Assembly: GCA_964016885.1 (NCBI GenBank)
Contig: OZ024740.1
Coordinates: 356,128,001 to 356,192,000, forward strand
Direction of reading: 5' to 3'
Length of the DNA stretch: 64,000 nucleotides
Origin: Eledone cirrhosa
Taxonomy: Eukaryota
Position 1 is the first letter of the stretch. Every line of letters starts with the position of its first letter. The notes beneath the pieces are model-generated. The model did not search any database, was not told the DNA's origin, and was given only the letters and a program-made list of their open reading frames with translations. A program made the position numbers and the translations under genes. This document shows positions 39,843 to 52,425 of this stretch, piece after piece.

Positions 39843-40031
39843 ATAATTTTTTCTACTTTAGCACAAGGCCAGCGATTACCCAGTACATTACTGGTACTTT
39901 ATTTTATCGATCCTGTAAGGATGAAAGGCAAAGTTAACCTCGGCAGGATTCGAACTCAGACCGTAAAGAGATGTAACTATGCTGGAAAGCATGGCGTCTG
40001 ACTCTTTACCGATACTGCCAATCCACCGCCC
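39843..40031 (-). mobile_element. SINE-B with target-site-like duplication CCAAGAATGTAAATAAT
   Basis: Full-length head to tail; the duplication lies at about 39831 and 40044. Confidence 0.88.
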
Positions 40032-40739
40032 ATTGTAAATAATCCAAGAATGTAAATAATATCATAGAGCATACATTAAGGTAAGACAAATGTGTAGCGA
40101 AAGCATGCATATAGGTGTTATATATTATAAACAATATATGATTAATTAGTTATAGACAAAGGTGTTTATGCAAGAACTTTTATAAAAAGTTAAATAAAGT
40201 TTATGTAGAAAATGTTAATATCTATAGTTGTGATGTGTGTAAGCAATAAGTAAAGAGTTGTAAAGTTCAAATGAATATATAAAACAAACATTTAATCCGA
40301 AGGTATGGATTATAAGGTACTTCTTCTTTAATGTATAAATATATATATACTGTATATGTATATATATACATATATATATATATATCATCATCATCATCAT
40401 CATCAACGTTTAACGTCCGTGTTCCACGCTTGCATGGGTTTGGACGGGGGTAGTCCCACTTGAGGCAAGAGTGATTGTCTTGCTCGCATAGGACTGTCTG
40501 GCAGGTTTTCTACAGTTGGATGCCCTTCCTAACACCAACCACATTTACAGTGTGGGTCTGGGAGGTTTTTACCGTGTTGCCTACACGGCCACATTACAGC
40601 GTGGACTGTGTGTTTTTTTGTCGTGACACATACACGATCTCATTTGTTTCGGCCTCGATGGCGCGGCACCAACATAACTTTAGATAGAACGGGGTGGTGT
40701 GGATGGGGTGGGGGTGGTGGCGGGACGGGGTGTATTTTG

Positions 40740-43700
40740 TTAGAGATGCCTACTGGCAAGGCGGGTCTTCTCTGTTACTGAGTACCGCCAAAGGTCTCGG
40801 TCCAGTGACATTGTCTTGGAGAGGTGTAAGTGTGTGAGGTCGGAGTTTATCAGCTCATCCCATGTTTTTCTAGGTCTGCCTATTCCTTGGCTACCGTCTA
40901 TCTTTATTGCCCTGCACTTTGTTATACAGCTATCGACTTTCATGCGCATCACGTGTCCATACCAACGCAGCCTTCTCTCGAGTAAACAACATCTGATCCC
41001 TCTTATCTCTAATTTTTTCCTTAGTTCGTTTATGCTTTGCCGTTCACGTATATTACTGTTACACATCCAGCGGAGCATGCAAGCTTCGTTCCTCTCTAGT
41101 CTGCGTATATCCTCTGCACACAATGCCCAGGTCTCACTACCATGCAACATTGCTGTTCGTATGCAGGCATCGTACAACCTGCCTTTCATTTTTAGGGAGA
41201 ACCCTTTAGCAGCTAATAGTGGTATAAGCTCTCTGAACTTTTTCCAACCAGTTCTGACTCTAGCTACAGTACTTTCAGAGCACCCTCCCCCACTGCTGAT
41301 TTTGTCACCCAGGTAATGGAAGCTGTCCACTATTTCTATAGAACCCTCTGCGCAATTGAAAGAGCTAGTATTTTGTGGACACTTGCTGCTACTTATTGCA
41401 CCAGAACACCGGCCACATGTAAAATCTATGTTCTTAGTTAGCTTACCTGTGATCCCACTACATCTTTTATGCACCCATACTTTGCATTTAGGACATAAAA
41501 TGGAGTTTCTACCTACGCCTTTCCTACACACCGAGCACGACCATTTCCCAGAAGGGACCGCCGCCTTGTTTTCTTTCCTACAAACTAGAACTTTGGTCTT
41601 AGCCAGGTTAATTTTAAGTCCTTTTGACTCTAGGCCGTGCTTCCATGTTTGGAATTTCTTCTCTAGCTCGGCCATTGATTCCGCTATGAGTGTCAGGTCG
41701 TCTGCGTATAGGAGTTCCCATGGGCAGCCTGTCTTGAACTCCTCTGTTATAGCCTGAAGGGCAATAATAAATAGTAGGGGGCTGAGAACAGAGCCCTGAT
41801 GGACGCTAACTTTTACGCTAAACTCTTCACTATATTCGTTGTTAATTCTAACCTTGCTGACTGTTTCTTTATACATGGCTTGTATAGCCCTCACAAGCCA
41901 TTCGTCAACGCCTAGTTTTCTAAGAGCCCACCAGATAATGGAGCGGGGGACTCTGTCGAAGGCTTTCTCCAGGTCGACAAAAGCTAAGTAGAGGGGTTTA
42001 CCTTTAGCTAGGTACTTCTCCTGTAGTTGTCGTACTATGAAAAGAGCGTCTGTGGTGCTTTTGCCTGACACAAACCCGAACTGCATTTCATCTAGGTCAA
42101 TTCTCTCTCTGATTAGTTGCGCTATTACTTTTTCCGTGACCTTCATGACCTGGTCGATTAATTTAATGCCTCTATAGTTACTCCTATCTAGGGCGTCTCC
42201 TTTACCCTTATAACAGTTAACGATGATGCTGCTATGCCAGTCCTTCGGAACAACCCCATTCTGTACGACTTGGTTAACTATGCGGGTGACCATGGTGTGT
42301 CCCACCGTGCCAGATGCCTTCAGCATCTCAGCAACTATTTCCGAAGGCCCAGCCGCCTTACCCGTCTTCATATCCTTGATTGCCTTACTTATTATACTCC
42401 CCTCGACTAACACTGCTGGTCCCTCTATCGGGTCGATATGGGGGAGACTGTCTTTCTCCCATTTATTCTCCTCATTTAGTAGCCTTTCATAGTGACACTT
42501 CCAAGCTACCTTCTTATCAGTGTCGGTGATAGCAAGTATGCCATCATCGTTAAGTACACACTTCTCCCCGACAATATCACGGTTTTCCTTGACGCATTGC
42601 CTGGCAATCCTGAACACCTCACGTTTTTGGTCATCGCGTTGTAGAACATGCTTGAACTTTCTTTCCTCAGCTTCCCTTCTTGCTAAGTACACTTCTCTCC
42701 TAGCTTCCCTCCTGGCCACTTGATAGTCTACTCTACTTCCCCCATCCCGCCATACTTTCCAAGCCTGCTTTTTGGCCTTAATTGACCCCTCCACCCTACT
42801 GTTCCACCACCAAGTTACTCTCCTCCTGCCTACAGGCCTGCTCCAGCCACAGACTTCGTCTGTCGCCAACAGCAGGTTTGCTTTCAGAAATTCCCACTGT
42901 CCCTCTATATTGTCCGATTCTAGATGCTCTTCCTTACTGTCGAAAGCATCAAGTAATATGCTTTGAAATTTATTTCTGGCTGTGGGGTCCTTTAGTTTCC
43001 ATATTTTCCTCCTGAGGATAGTCCTCTTCTGCTGTCGAGTACGTCTCGTCCTGACTATGAGGTCGCTAATTATCAGCCTATGTTGGGAGGTGCATTCTTC
43101 ATGGGGGAGGGATTTAGTGTTTACAACAGACACTCTGTCACGTCTTCTGGTAAGGATATAATCTACCTGGCTTGTGTGTTCCCCTGATCTATAGGTGATC
43201 AGGTGATTGTCACGTTTTTTGAAGTTAGTGTTACAGATAGTTAGGTTATTTGCATCACAGAATTCCAGGATTCTGGAGCCTTCCTCATTTCTAGTACCAA
43301 ACCCATAGCCTCCATGGATTTCGTCGTAGCCGTCACAATGTTGTCCAACGTGACCATTTAGGTCGCCTGCAATAATTATATAGTCACTGTCAGATATTTG
43401 GGAGGTAGTTAGCAACAGTGTCTCATAGAATCTGTCTTTTATAGTGCCGGGCAGTCCGGATTGGGGTGCGTACGCAGATATTACTGTCACCGTAGTTCTA
43501 TTGAGGACAAGTCTTATTTTAATTATTCTGTCGTTCACTCTATTTACGTCTATTATCTTATCTGCCCACTTTTCTGCTACCATGATTCCTACTCCACCCA
43601 GCCCATCGTCGTTTCCCACCCAGAAAAGCTTATAACATCGTTTTTTACCCTCAATGAATCTAGCAGACCCACCCCGCCACCTGGTCTCTTGAATACAACA

Positions 43701-43913
43701 AACATCGACCTCCTTACGTTCAAGCATTTCTACAACCTCGTTAGCGCGACCCTTTAGGGTGCCTACATTTATGGTACCAACTCTGAAGTTTTGGGTTGCG
43801 TTTGGAGGGTGGGGGTGGTGGGGAGATAGGGTTACGTTAGCCATCCGCGGACGAAACAAAGAGGAGTGCTCGCATTCTCGTCCACGAGGTGAATTTGACT
43901 TTAACTTTGGCAT
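40740..43913 (-). CDS. RTE ORF: APE endonuclease + reverse transcriptase + PHD finger (open from 44261; likely ATG 43913 or 43844)
   Basis: APE motifs TINV, IQETRW, SAYAP, GDLNGH, DYIL and SQHR; RT motifs FVDLEKAFD, SVHQGSVLSP and YADD; no stops in 1173 codons. Confidence 0.95.
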   Translation of the reverse strand: MPKLKSNSPRGRECEHSSLFRPRMANVTLSPHHPHPPNATQNFRVGTINVGTLKGRANEVVEMLERKEVDVCCIQETRWRGGSARFIEGKKRCYKLFWVGNDDGLGGVGIMVAEKWADKIIDVNRVNDRIIKIRLVLNRTTVTVISAYAPQSGLPGTIKDRFYETLLLTTSQISDSDYIIIAGDLNGHVGQHCDGYDEIHGGYGFGTRNEEGSRILEFCDANNLTICNTNFKKRDNHLITYRSGEHTSQVDYILTRRRDRVSVVNTKSLPHEECTSQHRLIISDLIVRTRRTRQQKRTILRRKIWKLKDPTARNKFQSILLDAFDSKEEHLESDNIEGQWEFLKANLLLATDEVCGWSRPVGRRRVTWWWNSRVEGSIKAKKQAWKVWRDGGSRVDYQVARREARREVYLARREAEERKFKHVLQRDDQKREVFRIARQCVKENRDIVGEKCVLNDDGILAITDTDKKVAWKCHYERLLNEENKWEKDSLPHIDPIEGPAVLVEGSIISKAIKDMKTGKAAGPSEIVAEMLKASGTVGHTMVTRIVNQVVQNGVVPKDWHSSIIVNCYKGKGDALDRSNYRGIKLIDQVMKVTEKVIAQLIRERIDLDEMQFGFVSGKSTTDALFIVRQLQEKYLAKGKPLYLAFVDLEKAFDRVPRSIIWWALRKLGVDEWLVRAIQAMYKETVSKVRINNEYSEEFSVKVSVHQGSVLSPLLFIIALQAITEEFKTGCPWELLYADDLTLIAESMAELEKKFQTWKHGLESKGLKINLAKTKVLVCRKENKAAVPSGKWSCSVCRKGVGRNSILCPKCKVWVHKRCSGITGKLTKNIDFTCGRCSGAISSSKCPQNTSSFNCAEGSIEIVDSFHYLGDKISSGGGCSESTVARVRTGWKKFRELIPLLAAKGFSLKMKGRLYDACIRTAMLHGSETWALCAEDIRRLERNEACMLRWMCNSNIRERQSINELRKKLEIRGIRCCLLERRLRWYGHVMRMKVDSCITKCRAIKIDGSQGIGRPRKTWDELINSDLTHLHLSKTMSLDRDLWRYSVTEKTRLASRHL
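43833..43885 (-). ncRNA. Candidate minimal HDV-like ribozyme overlapping a possible RTE start codon
   Basis: Minus strand GTGGACGA(P1) gaa TGCG(P2) AGCA(P3) CTCCTCTT(L3) TGTT(P3') TCGTCCGC(P1') GG atgg CTAA CGTA(P2'). P2 is only 4 bp, and P1 and P3 are each 1 bp longer than canonical. Confidence 0.35.
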
Positions 43914-44207
43914 TTTCGCTCTGAGCGTCCAGATTTTTCTCTCCCTTCCACTCTCCAGGATTCCGCAGTCCGTCCATCCATCCATCCATCCATCATATAT
44001 CGAAGGCAACCGGGCAAGCGATAGTATAGGCCTCTGGCTTATGATTGGTCCGCGTAATAATAATAATGGTGATGCGTGGGGGTGGGGGGGCTCTGGCTTA
44101 TAATAATAATGGTGATGCGTGGGGGGGGGGGCGCTCTGGCTTATGATTGGTCCACGTATTAAGTATGGTGGTGTGTGGGGGCGGGTGGGAGGGGTGTGGG
44201 GGTAGCT

Positions 44208-45119
<912 letters not shown>

Positions 45120-45211
45120 TATTGAAATTTCCGTTGGAAACAGAAAAGGTCATAGAAATGAAGAGTGCTCTATGTAAGTATCAGAGCAAAATTTAATGTA
45201 TAAAAATCAAT

Positions 45212-45289
45212 ATTACCTCGTCTGACGAACGAATGAAGTCGTTTATTTCGTATTCGCCTCATTCGGGAAACCTCTGGTAATGAGGTAAT
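45212..45289 (+). ncRNA. Type I hammerhead ribozyme in a (TA)n-flanked element of about 200 bp (45118-45315)
   Basis: Stem I ATTACCTCGT/ATGAGGTAAT, CTGACGA, stem II CGAATGA/TCATTCG, GAAAC-C-tct-G-GTA; outer helix TAATGTATAAAAATCAATA/TATTGATTTTTATACATTA. Confidence 0.88.
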
Positions 45290-47665
45290 TATATTGTATT
45301 GATTTTTATACATTATATATATATATATATAGAATAAGGAAAAGCGAAGTAGTTTCAGATGTTCAAGTCCTTTAATAATAATGCTGTGATATATATTTCA
45401 ATGACGACACTGGCCACACTGTTCTGTGTGCGAGTGTCGTGTCATCATCAGACAGCTTGTTACATAATAAGGTTATGTTTCCGAGGCAATCCAAATTGAA
45501 TCGACATGGGAACGGATGAAGTTCGTGCTTTTGGGTTTTTCATCCGTTCCCTTGTGAGTACCAATTCACCGCCACCGGTCAGCGCAAACGCATATCCGAA
45601 GGAAGTTGACCATTAGCCACCGCAGATTTCAACGAAATTCGCTGTCAGTTCACCCTCTCAGCCAAAACAATGGCCTACCTATGCCCTACCAAAGTTTACT
45701 GCTACCCATCACGACTGTGGCAGTCAGCCGAAAGCCAGAGAGGATGGGAGGGTGTTAGTTTTTATAGGTCATAATACTACCTTTCACTAAGCGTTGACAG
45801 CAAGACTGACCATCAACTCATAAGGGAAAATAAACTTAATTCTAGGTACCATGTTTTTACATTGGAAGTTAAGAGTGAGAGTTGTAAATAAAAATAAAAA
45901 ATTAAAATCCTAAATCAAATATCAGAGATTATAAATTAAACAATTAAAAAATTAAAAATTTCGAAATTCAAAAATGTTTCAAGTGATAATTCGGATTGAG
46001 TAAACATATAGATTGAAGTGAGTAAATAATATGGAGAGAGATGTTTAAGTAATAAGTCTGAGAGGGATTCTAGTGTCACAGTTACTCTATCCACATATTG
46101 AACGACAGTGCCGTACATTATAACGGACGGCAAACTACAGGGTTCAAGGCATTAGTCAATCTGGTACAGTCATAATTTCCATCACATGGAACAAAATCAA
46201 AGAAAAACAGACATAAAGTACACAAAAGAAAAGAAAAGAACAGAACCAATAGTGAATAAATGCAAAAACACAGAGTACATATATGCAAAATGATCCATAT
46301 GATTGTCCATCTGTCCATGTATAGATTGAATTGAGGGGGCTTCTGTTCAAATGCGATTTGGTGCAGGAAAATAGGGGTTTATCTTATTTTTTGTTTCCTC
46401 GTATTTATCCTGCCGAAAGTTACTATTATGTCCGTCCAGTGTCAGGGGTTTTCATCCCCATGGTAGAGGGAATTTCCGGGGTAGCTCTTGGTTGGTTCCT
46501 CTCTTCTCCACCATATCGGTTACATCATAGAGCGCTCAACTAATTAGAGCTAAATTATTAGGGTAAACATTGATGCAATTCAATTCAAGCACTCAACGTA
46601 CTTTTTCCACATAGGAGTGACGGAGTAAATATCGAATAAGGAAAAGCGAAGTAGTTTCAGATGGGGATGAAAACCCCTGACACTGGATGGGCATAATAGT
46701 AACTTTCGGCAGGATAAATACGCGGAAACAAAAAATAAGAAAAAACCCTATTTTCCTGCACCAAATCGCTTTTGAACAGAAGCCCCCTCAATTCAATCTA
46801 TACATGGACAGATGGACAATCATATGGATCATTTTGCATATATGTACTCTGTGTTTTTGCATTTATTCACTATTGGTTCTGTTCTTTTCTTTTCTTTTGT
46901 GTACTTTATGTCTGTTTTTCTTTGATTTTGTTCCATGTGATGGAAATTATGACTGTACCAGATTGACAAATGCCTTGAACTCTGTAGTTTGCCCTCCGTT
47001 ATAATGTACGGCACTGTCGTTCAATATGTGGATAGAGTAACTGTGACACTAGAATCCCTCTCAGAACTTATTACTTAAACATCTCTCTCCATATTATTTA
47101 CTCACTTCAATCTATATTTTTACTCAATCCGAATTATCACTTGAAACATTTTTGAATTTCGAAATTTTTAATTTTTTAATTGTTTAATTTATAATCTCTG
47201 ATATTTGATTTAGGATTTAATTTTTTATTTTTATTTACAACTCTCACTCTTAACTTCCAATGTAAAAACATGGTACCTAGAATTAAGTTTATTTTCCCTT
47301 ATGAGTTGATGGTCAGTCTTGCTGTCAACGCTTAGTGAAAGGTAGTATTATGACCTATAAAAACTAACACCCTCCCATCCCCTCTGGCTTTCGGCTGACT
47401 GCCACAGTCGTGATGGGTAGCAGTAAACTTTGGTAGGGCATAGGTAGGCCATTGTTTTGGCTGAGAGGGTGAACTGACAGCGAATTTCGTTGAAATCTGC
47501 GGTGGCTAATGGTCAACTTCCTTCGGATATGCGCTTGCGCAGACCGGTGGCGGTGAATTGGTACTCACAAGGGAACGGATGAAAAACCCAAAAGCACGAA
47601 CTTCATCCGTTCCCATGTCGATTCAATTTGGATTGCCTCGGAAACATAACTTTATTATGTAACAA

Positions 47666-47739
47666 GCTGTCTGATGATGACACGACACTCACACACAGAA
47701 CAGTGTGGCCAGTGTCGCCATTGAAATATATATCACAGC
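47666..47739 (+). ncRNA. Type I hammerhead ribozyme (mirror copy on - at 45383-45456)
   Basis: GCTGT-CTGATGA-...CGACACT...AGTGTCG...-GAAAT-ATAT-ATC-ACAGC, with stem I GCTGT/ACAGC and an AUC triplet. Confidence 0.85.
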
Positions 47740-47757
47740 ATTATTATTAAAGGACTT

Positions 47758-47952
47758 AGGGCGGTGGATTGGCAGTATCGGTAGAAGGTCGGACGCCATG
47801 TTTTCCAGCATAGTTACGTCCCTTTACGATCTGAGTTCAAATCCCGCTGAGGTTGACTTTGCCTTTCATCCTTACAGGGTCGATAAAATAAAGTACCAGT
47901 AATGCACTGGATATTTGCTGGCCTTGTGCCTAAAGTAGAAACAATTATTATT
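47758..47952 (+). mobile_element. Full-length SINE-B with 18-bp TSD ATTATTATTAAAGGACTT
   Basis: TSD at 47740-47757 and 47944-47961; the empty site is present in the left arm (about 45365-45382). Confidence 0.95.
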
Positions 47953-48070
47953 AAAGGACTTGAACATCTGAAACTACTTCGCTTTTCCTTATTCGATATT
48001 TACTCCGTCACTCCTATGTGGAAAAAGTACGTTGAGTGCTTGAATTGAATTGCATCAATATTTACCCTAA

Positions 48071-48127
<57 letters not shown>

Positions 48128-48770
48128 GAAAGGTATAGAAAACATTGTAGCAAGAAGCCAACAGTATTCCATAGTATATAATCCTTATGAATTTATATAT
48201 ATATATCATTTCTGAATGTGTTTAGCAAGATTCTTTATCTGAAAAAGTGTGTTGAAACTGATATTGTTATGCTTTGGGAGGCTCATGTTGCCAATAAGAA
48301 ACACACGCACAAGTAGCTTTCACTTTATAATAAATTAAATTTATAAATTTAAGAATTTATAAATTTCCGGTTGGTTGGTTCCATAACCGGACGGTTATTC
48401 ATATATTGTCAAAGTTCTTTCGTCACACATTCTGTGACCTCTTTAGTGACTGGGGATTCTTTTCTTTGTTTTGTGCATCTCCTTTGTTCTGTCCTACGCC
48501 ATCTTGTTTGTGTGTGTGTTGTGTTGCTTAGTTTGCGCATTAGTTTGGCCATTTGAATAGGTAAATATTTATATTATATTTTTTAATTTTGATTAATTTT
48601 AATTTTAAATTAATTTTGATTTATTTTGAAAAATTGGTTGAATTTTACTTGTTCTGCTTATCTTGATATTAAGTTCTGGTATATCAAATTATTACCATAG
48701 AACCACCTTGAATCATAGACAACCTATGTATTTCTGGGGGTACCTTGTACCCTTAGACATATTAACTTTA

Positions 48771-48813
<43 letters not shown>

Positions 48814-49276
48814 TTAGGGAGGGTCATATTTGTGTAATAATATTGCCAGAATTAATAACAGAACACACTCACTGTTTGGTTGGTTTTCGCTTCTGTGTCT
48901 TTTATATCGGTTAATTTAATTTATTCGGTCCTCAATGTTACCATTCACTGACCAACGGTAAAAAATACAGATACAAACACATATATATAGTCTAACAAAA
49001 TTCTTTCGTTGCACATCTGCAACATCGTCAGTGGTGCTATTATGTTTCCTCCCGTTGTATTGTATGCCTACCCCATCTTTATTTAGTCTGTTTATATATT
49101 TATTTATTTATTTATTTATTTGTTTTTTTTTGTCTTTTCTGCGCATGCGTTTGCGTGTGTGTATAGTGTTTTGTTTGATGTGTGTTCGTGTTTGGGTGAC
49201 TGAGTATTGGTTATTGTATTCTATCTTAGTTTACTAGTGTGTGTTTATATGTGTTTGTTGTTATTGTGCTTGTGTA

Positions 49277-51643
49277 TTATGATGATGATGATTCTCTTAG
49301 GTCAGTGTTGTTTGTTTGGGTGTTGTTGTTATTCCATTCATTTTTTCTGTTTAGCCTTGGCCTTCTAAGTTCTATTTCGCTGGCCTCTCTGATTTGCCTA
49401 TCTGCTGGGTCATTTCTATGTTTAGATATTATTCTAATTTCTATGTTGTCTATGTTACCGTCGTGTTGTTGTCTGGCATGTTCGTATAGTACTGAACCGT
49501 TTTTTCGTCCTTTTAGTTCCCTCCAGTGTTGGTCTATCCTTTCACCTATGCTACGAGCTGTCTCGCCTATGTATGTTGTTGTCATGTTTCTGCTATAGAC
49601 TACGTTTCTAGTTTTACAGTTTATCCGGGGGTTTACTTTACATATAATACATTTCCTATTAGTACAGTGGCTTTTCTTAAAAGGGTAGGTTTTGCTGATC
49701 AGGGATTTTATGGTGGTTCCTGGCTTTTCTACCACTTTAATCTTTAAGTGGGTCTTTCTCAGGGCCTTTCTACACTGGTTAGCTAATTTCCCTCCAGGGG
49801 TAGCGTCCACAAACATGACACTCTGGTATCTCTGGTTGTCGTACCATGAGGTGGCTTTCCCTATCTTATGTTTAGTCCTATCTAAGCTATTCCATGATTT
49901 GCTCCTGTATAATGGGAAAATTCCTTTCATGTCCAGTTCTATGAGGGTCTTATACTTCTCCGTGGCTCCTTCGTATACTCTGATTCTGTCTCTTTGGTTG
50001 TAGCCAGAGAACTGCATGCGGTTGATGAAGTGTTGGATGTGTCTTTCCATTTCTGTTGGGTCGCACATGCGGGACACATTCTTCATCACTCGTACCAAGT
50101 CTGCGATCAGAATATTGAACTTAGCACTACTAGACATTGCTGAGCTTTTGAGTATCAGGTATTTGGAGGCTATGGGTTTAGCATAGTGTGAGTGGAGAAT
50201 TTGGGCTCTCTCGTCTATAGTGTTAATCCATAGTTCCGTGTCTAATACAGGTAGTCTATTGTCAGGATGTTTTGAAGAGTAGTCGATAGTTACAGTTATA
50301 CTCTGGTGTATGGAATTAGCTATCTGCTGGATGCTTTCCATTGTGCTACGTTCTAAATCAAACTTGTTAGTACTTCTCTTGTGGGATGTCCTTAATACTA
50401 TATTGATGTTGTCTACGTAACGAGAGTACATGATGAGGTCGATGGAGCTCTCATCAAGGAGATCTTTGAGTCTACTTTCCCACCATACCATAAAAAGGTT
50501 GGCAACGTCACCAGCTATGCTGACACCAATGGCTGCTCCCTCATTTTGGGTGTAGATCTTCACGTTGAATTTGAATATGTGGCCTTTTAGGGTAGTTTTG
50601 ATACTAGCTCCTATTGCATGTGCGACCATTTTTCTTACCTGATCATTGTTTTGGGGGGTCCGTATAGCTTTGGTCCACCCAATCCACCTTCCCATGGGAG
50701 TCTTTTTTGCCATTGAGGTTATGGTGGGGGGTCTACCTCTTATGGGTCTACTGGGGCAGAAACGTCTAAGGTCATGGCTGTCTAGGTAGTCAGTGTCATA
50801 GGTAAGTCTAAGTAGGAGGCCCAGTTTGTCTGTGTTGACGTCGCAGAACTCCACCTCACTCTCAATGATCATCTCCACACATTTTTCCACAGCAAAATCA
50901 ATGTTAATGGTGGATACAGTGATACCACATCCATACTGCCTATTATGCAGTCAGATAGGTTCCTGTTTTTGTTGCACTCACTGATTCTGCTGAGGAGGTC
51001 CTCTGTACTGTCACATACATCTGGGGACATCTTGATTATGGGGCATATAACCATTGAGAGGAAGTAGGAGATCCTGTAGTTGTTAGCTATATTTGCTCTG
51101 CATACAAGTCTTGTTGGTGGTCCTGTTGTCGGGTCGTCAACTGTCTTGTGGTCTTTGCGGAGCCCATACAAGGGTGGTATGCCATTGTTAGATGCCTGGA
51201 AGTTGTTGGCAGTGCGTCTGCTTGGCTTTAGGATATCGGTCCACATCATGATGTGAGCGTTGAGGATTTTCTCTCTCCCATCATGTATTTGCTGTGCAAT
51301 TTCACTCGTGTTGGTGATGTGGGGTTGCATAGCTTTGATGTAGTTCGGCATGCTGTCTATTGACATCCTACCAGACTTATCCGTGGGTAGACATAGAACC
51401 TCACCATCCCTTGTGCGCTGCTTGAGGCCAGCCAAGCCTTCTACAGGTTTCCTCCCAAGTTGTTGGACCTCTGGTCTGCTCTGTCTCTTAGTATACCGGT
51501 CTACTATTTGTCTAATCTTATTTCTAGCTATGGTGAACTGTGCCTCTGTCTCGTCATCTATTTGTTGTGGTATGCAAACCCTTTTATTAAAGGGTAACCT
51601 TGTAGGATAGATATTACCCATCTTATATGTTTTGTCAGCTGGA
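49277..51643 (-). pseudogene. Penelope RT/GIY-YIG ORF, 5'-truncated and disabled
   Basis: Frameshift near 50900, YVDD changed to YVDN, and an 8-codon deletion (IRCTEGTC) relative to the inverted copy at 51644-52042. Confidence 0.9.
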
Positions 51644-52380
51644 TTAAAGATTAAGGTGGTAGAAAAGCCAGGAACCACCATAAAATCCCTGATCATCAAA
51701 ACCTACTCTTTTAAGAAAACCCACTGTACTAATAGGAAATGTATTATATGTAAAGTAAACCCCCGGATAAACTGTAAAACTAGAAACGTAGTCTATAGCA
51801 TAAGATGTACAGAGGGTACTTGCAGAAACATAACAACAACATACATAGGCGAGACAGCTCGTAGCATAGGTGAAAGGATAGACAAACACTGGAGGGAACT
51901 AAAAGGACGAAAAAACGGTTCAGTACTATACGAACATGCCAGACAACAACACGACAGTAACATAAACAACATAGAAATTAGAATAATATCTAAACATAGA
52001 AATGACCCAGCAGATAGGCAATCAGAGAGGCCAGCGAAATAGAACTTAGAAGGCCAAGGCTAAACAGAAAAAATGAATGGAATAACAACAACATCCAAAC
52101 AAACAACACTGACCTAAGAGAAGTATTAATAAATAAATACATACACAAGCACAATAACAACAAACACATATAATCACACACTAGTAAACTAAGATAGAAT
52201 ACAATAACCGATACACAGTCACCCAAACACGAACACACATCAAACAAAACACTATACACACACGCAAACGCATGCGCAGAAAAGACAAAAAAAAACAAAT
52301 AAATAAATAAATAAATAAATATATAAACAGACTAAATAAAGATGGGGTAGGCATACAATACAACGGGAGGAAACATAATA

Positions 52381-52425
52381 GCACCACTGACGATGTTGCA
52401 GATGTGCAACGAAAGAACTTTGTTA
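52381..52425 (+). ncRNA. Degenerate hammerhead in the Penelope 3' repeat (sense copy on - at about 48995-49045)
   Basis: CTGACGA-T-GTTGCA gatg TGCAAC-GAAA is intact; stems I and III are poorly paired. Confidence 0.5.

Larger units (their letters stand above)
45332..48075. mobile_element. 2.7-kb non-coding fold-back element: 1.13-kb inverted arms (45332-46461 and 46661-47994), terminal segment 47966-48075 re-copied at 46553-46662, flanked by (TA)n
   Basis: The ORF track shows near-identical peptides on opposite strands (46118-46350 vs 46687-47004), the arms align by eye, and each arm has a hammerhead. Confidence 0.92.

Noticed and set aside
46118-47014. Hydrophobic ORFs in the fold-back arms as membrane proteins
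   Set aside because: T-rich low-complexity sequence with no motif; they are duplicated only because of the inversion.
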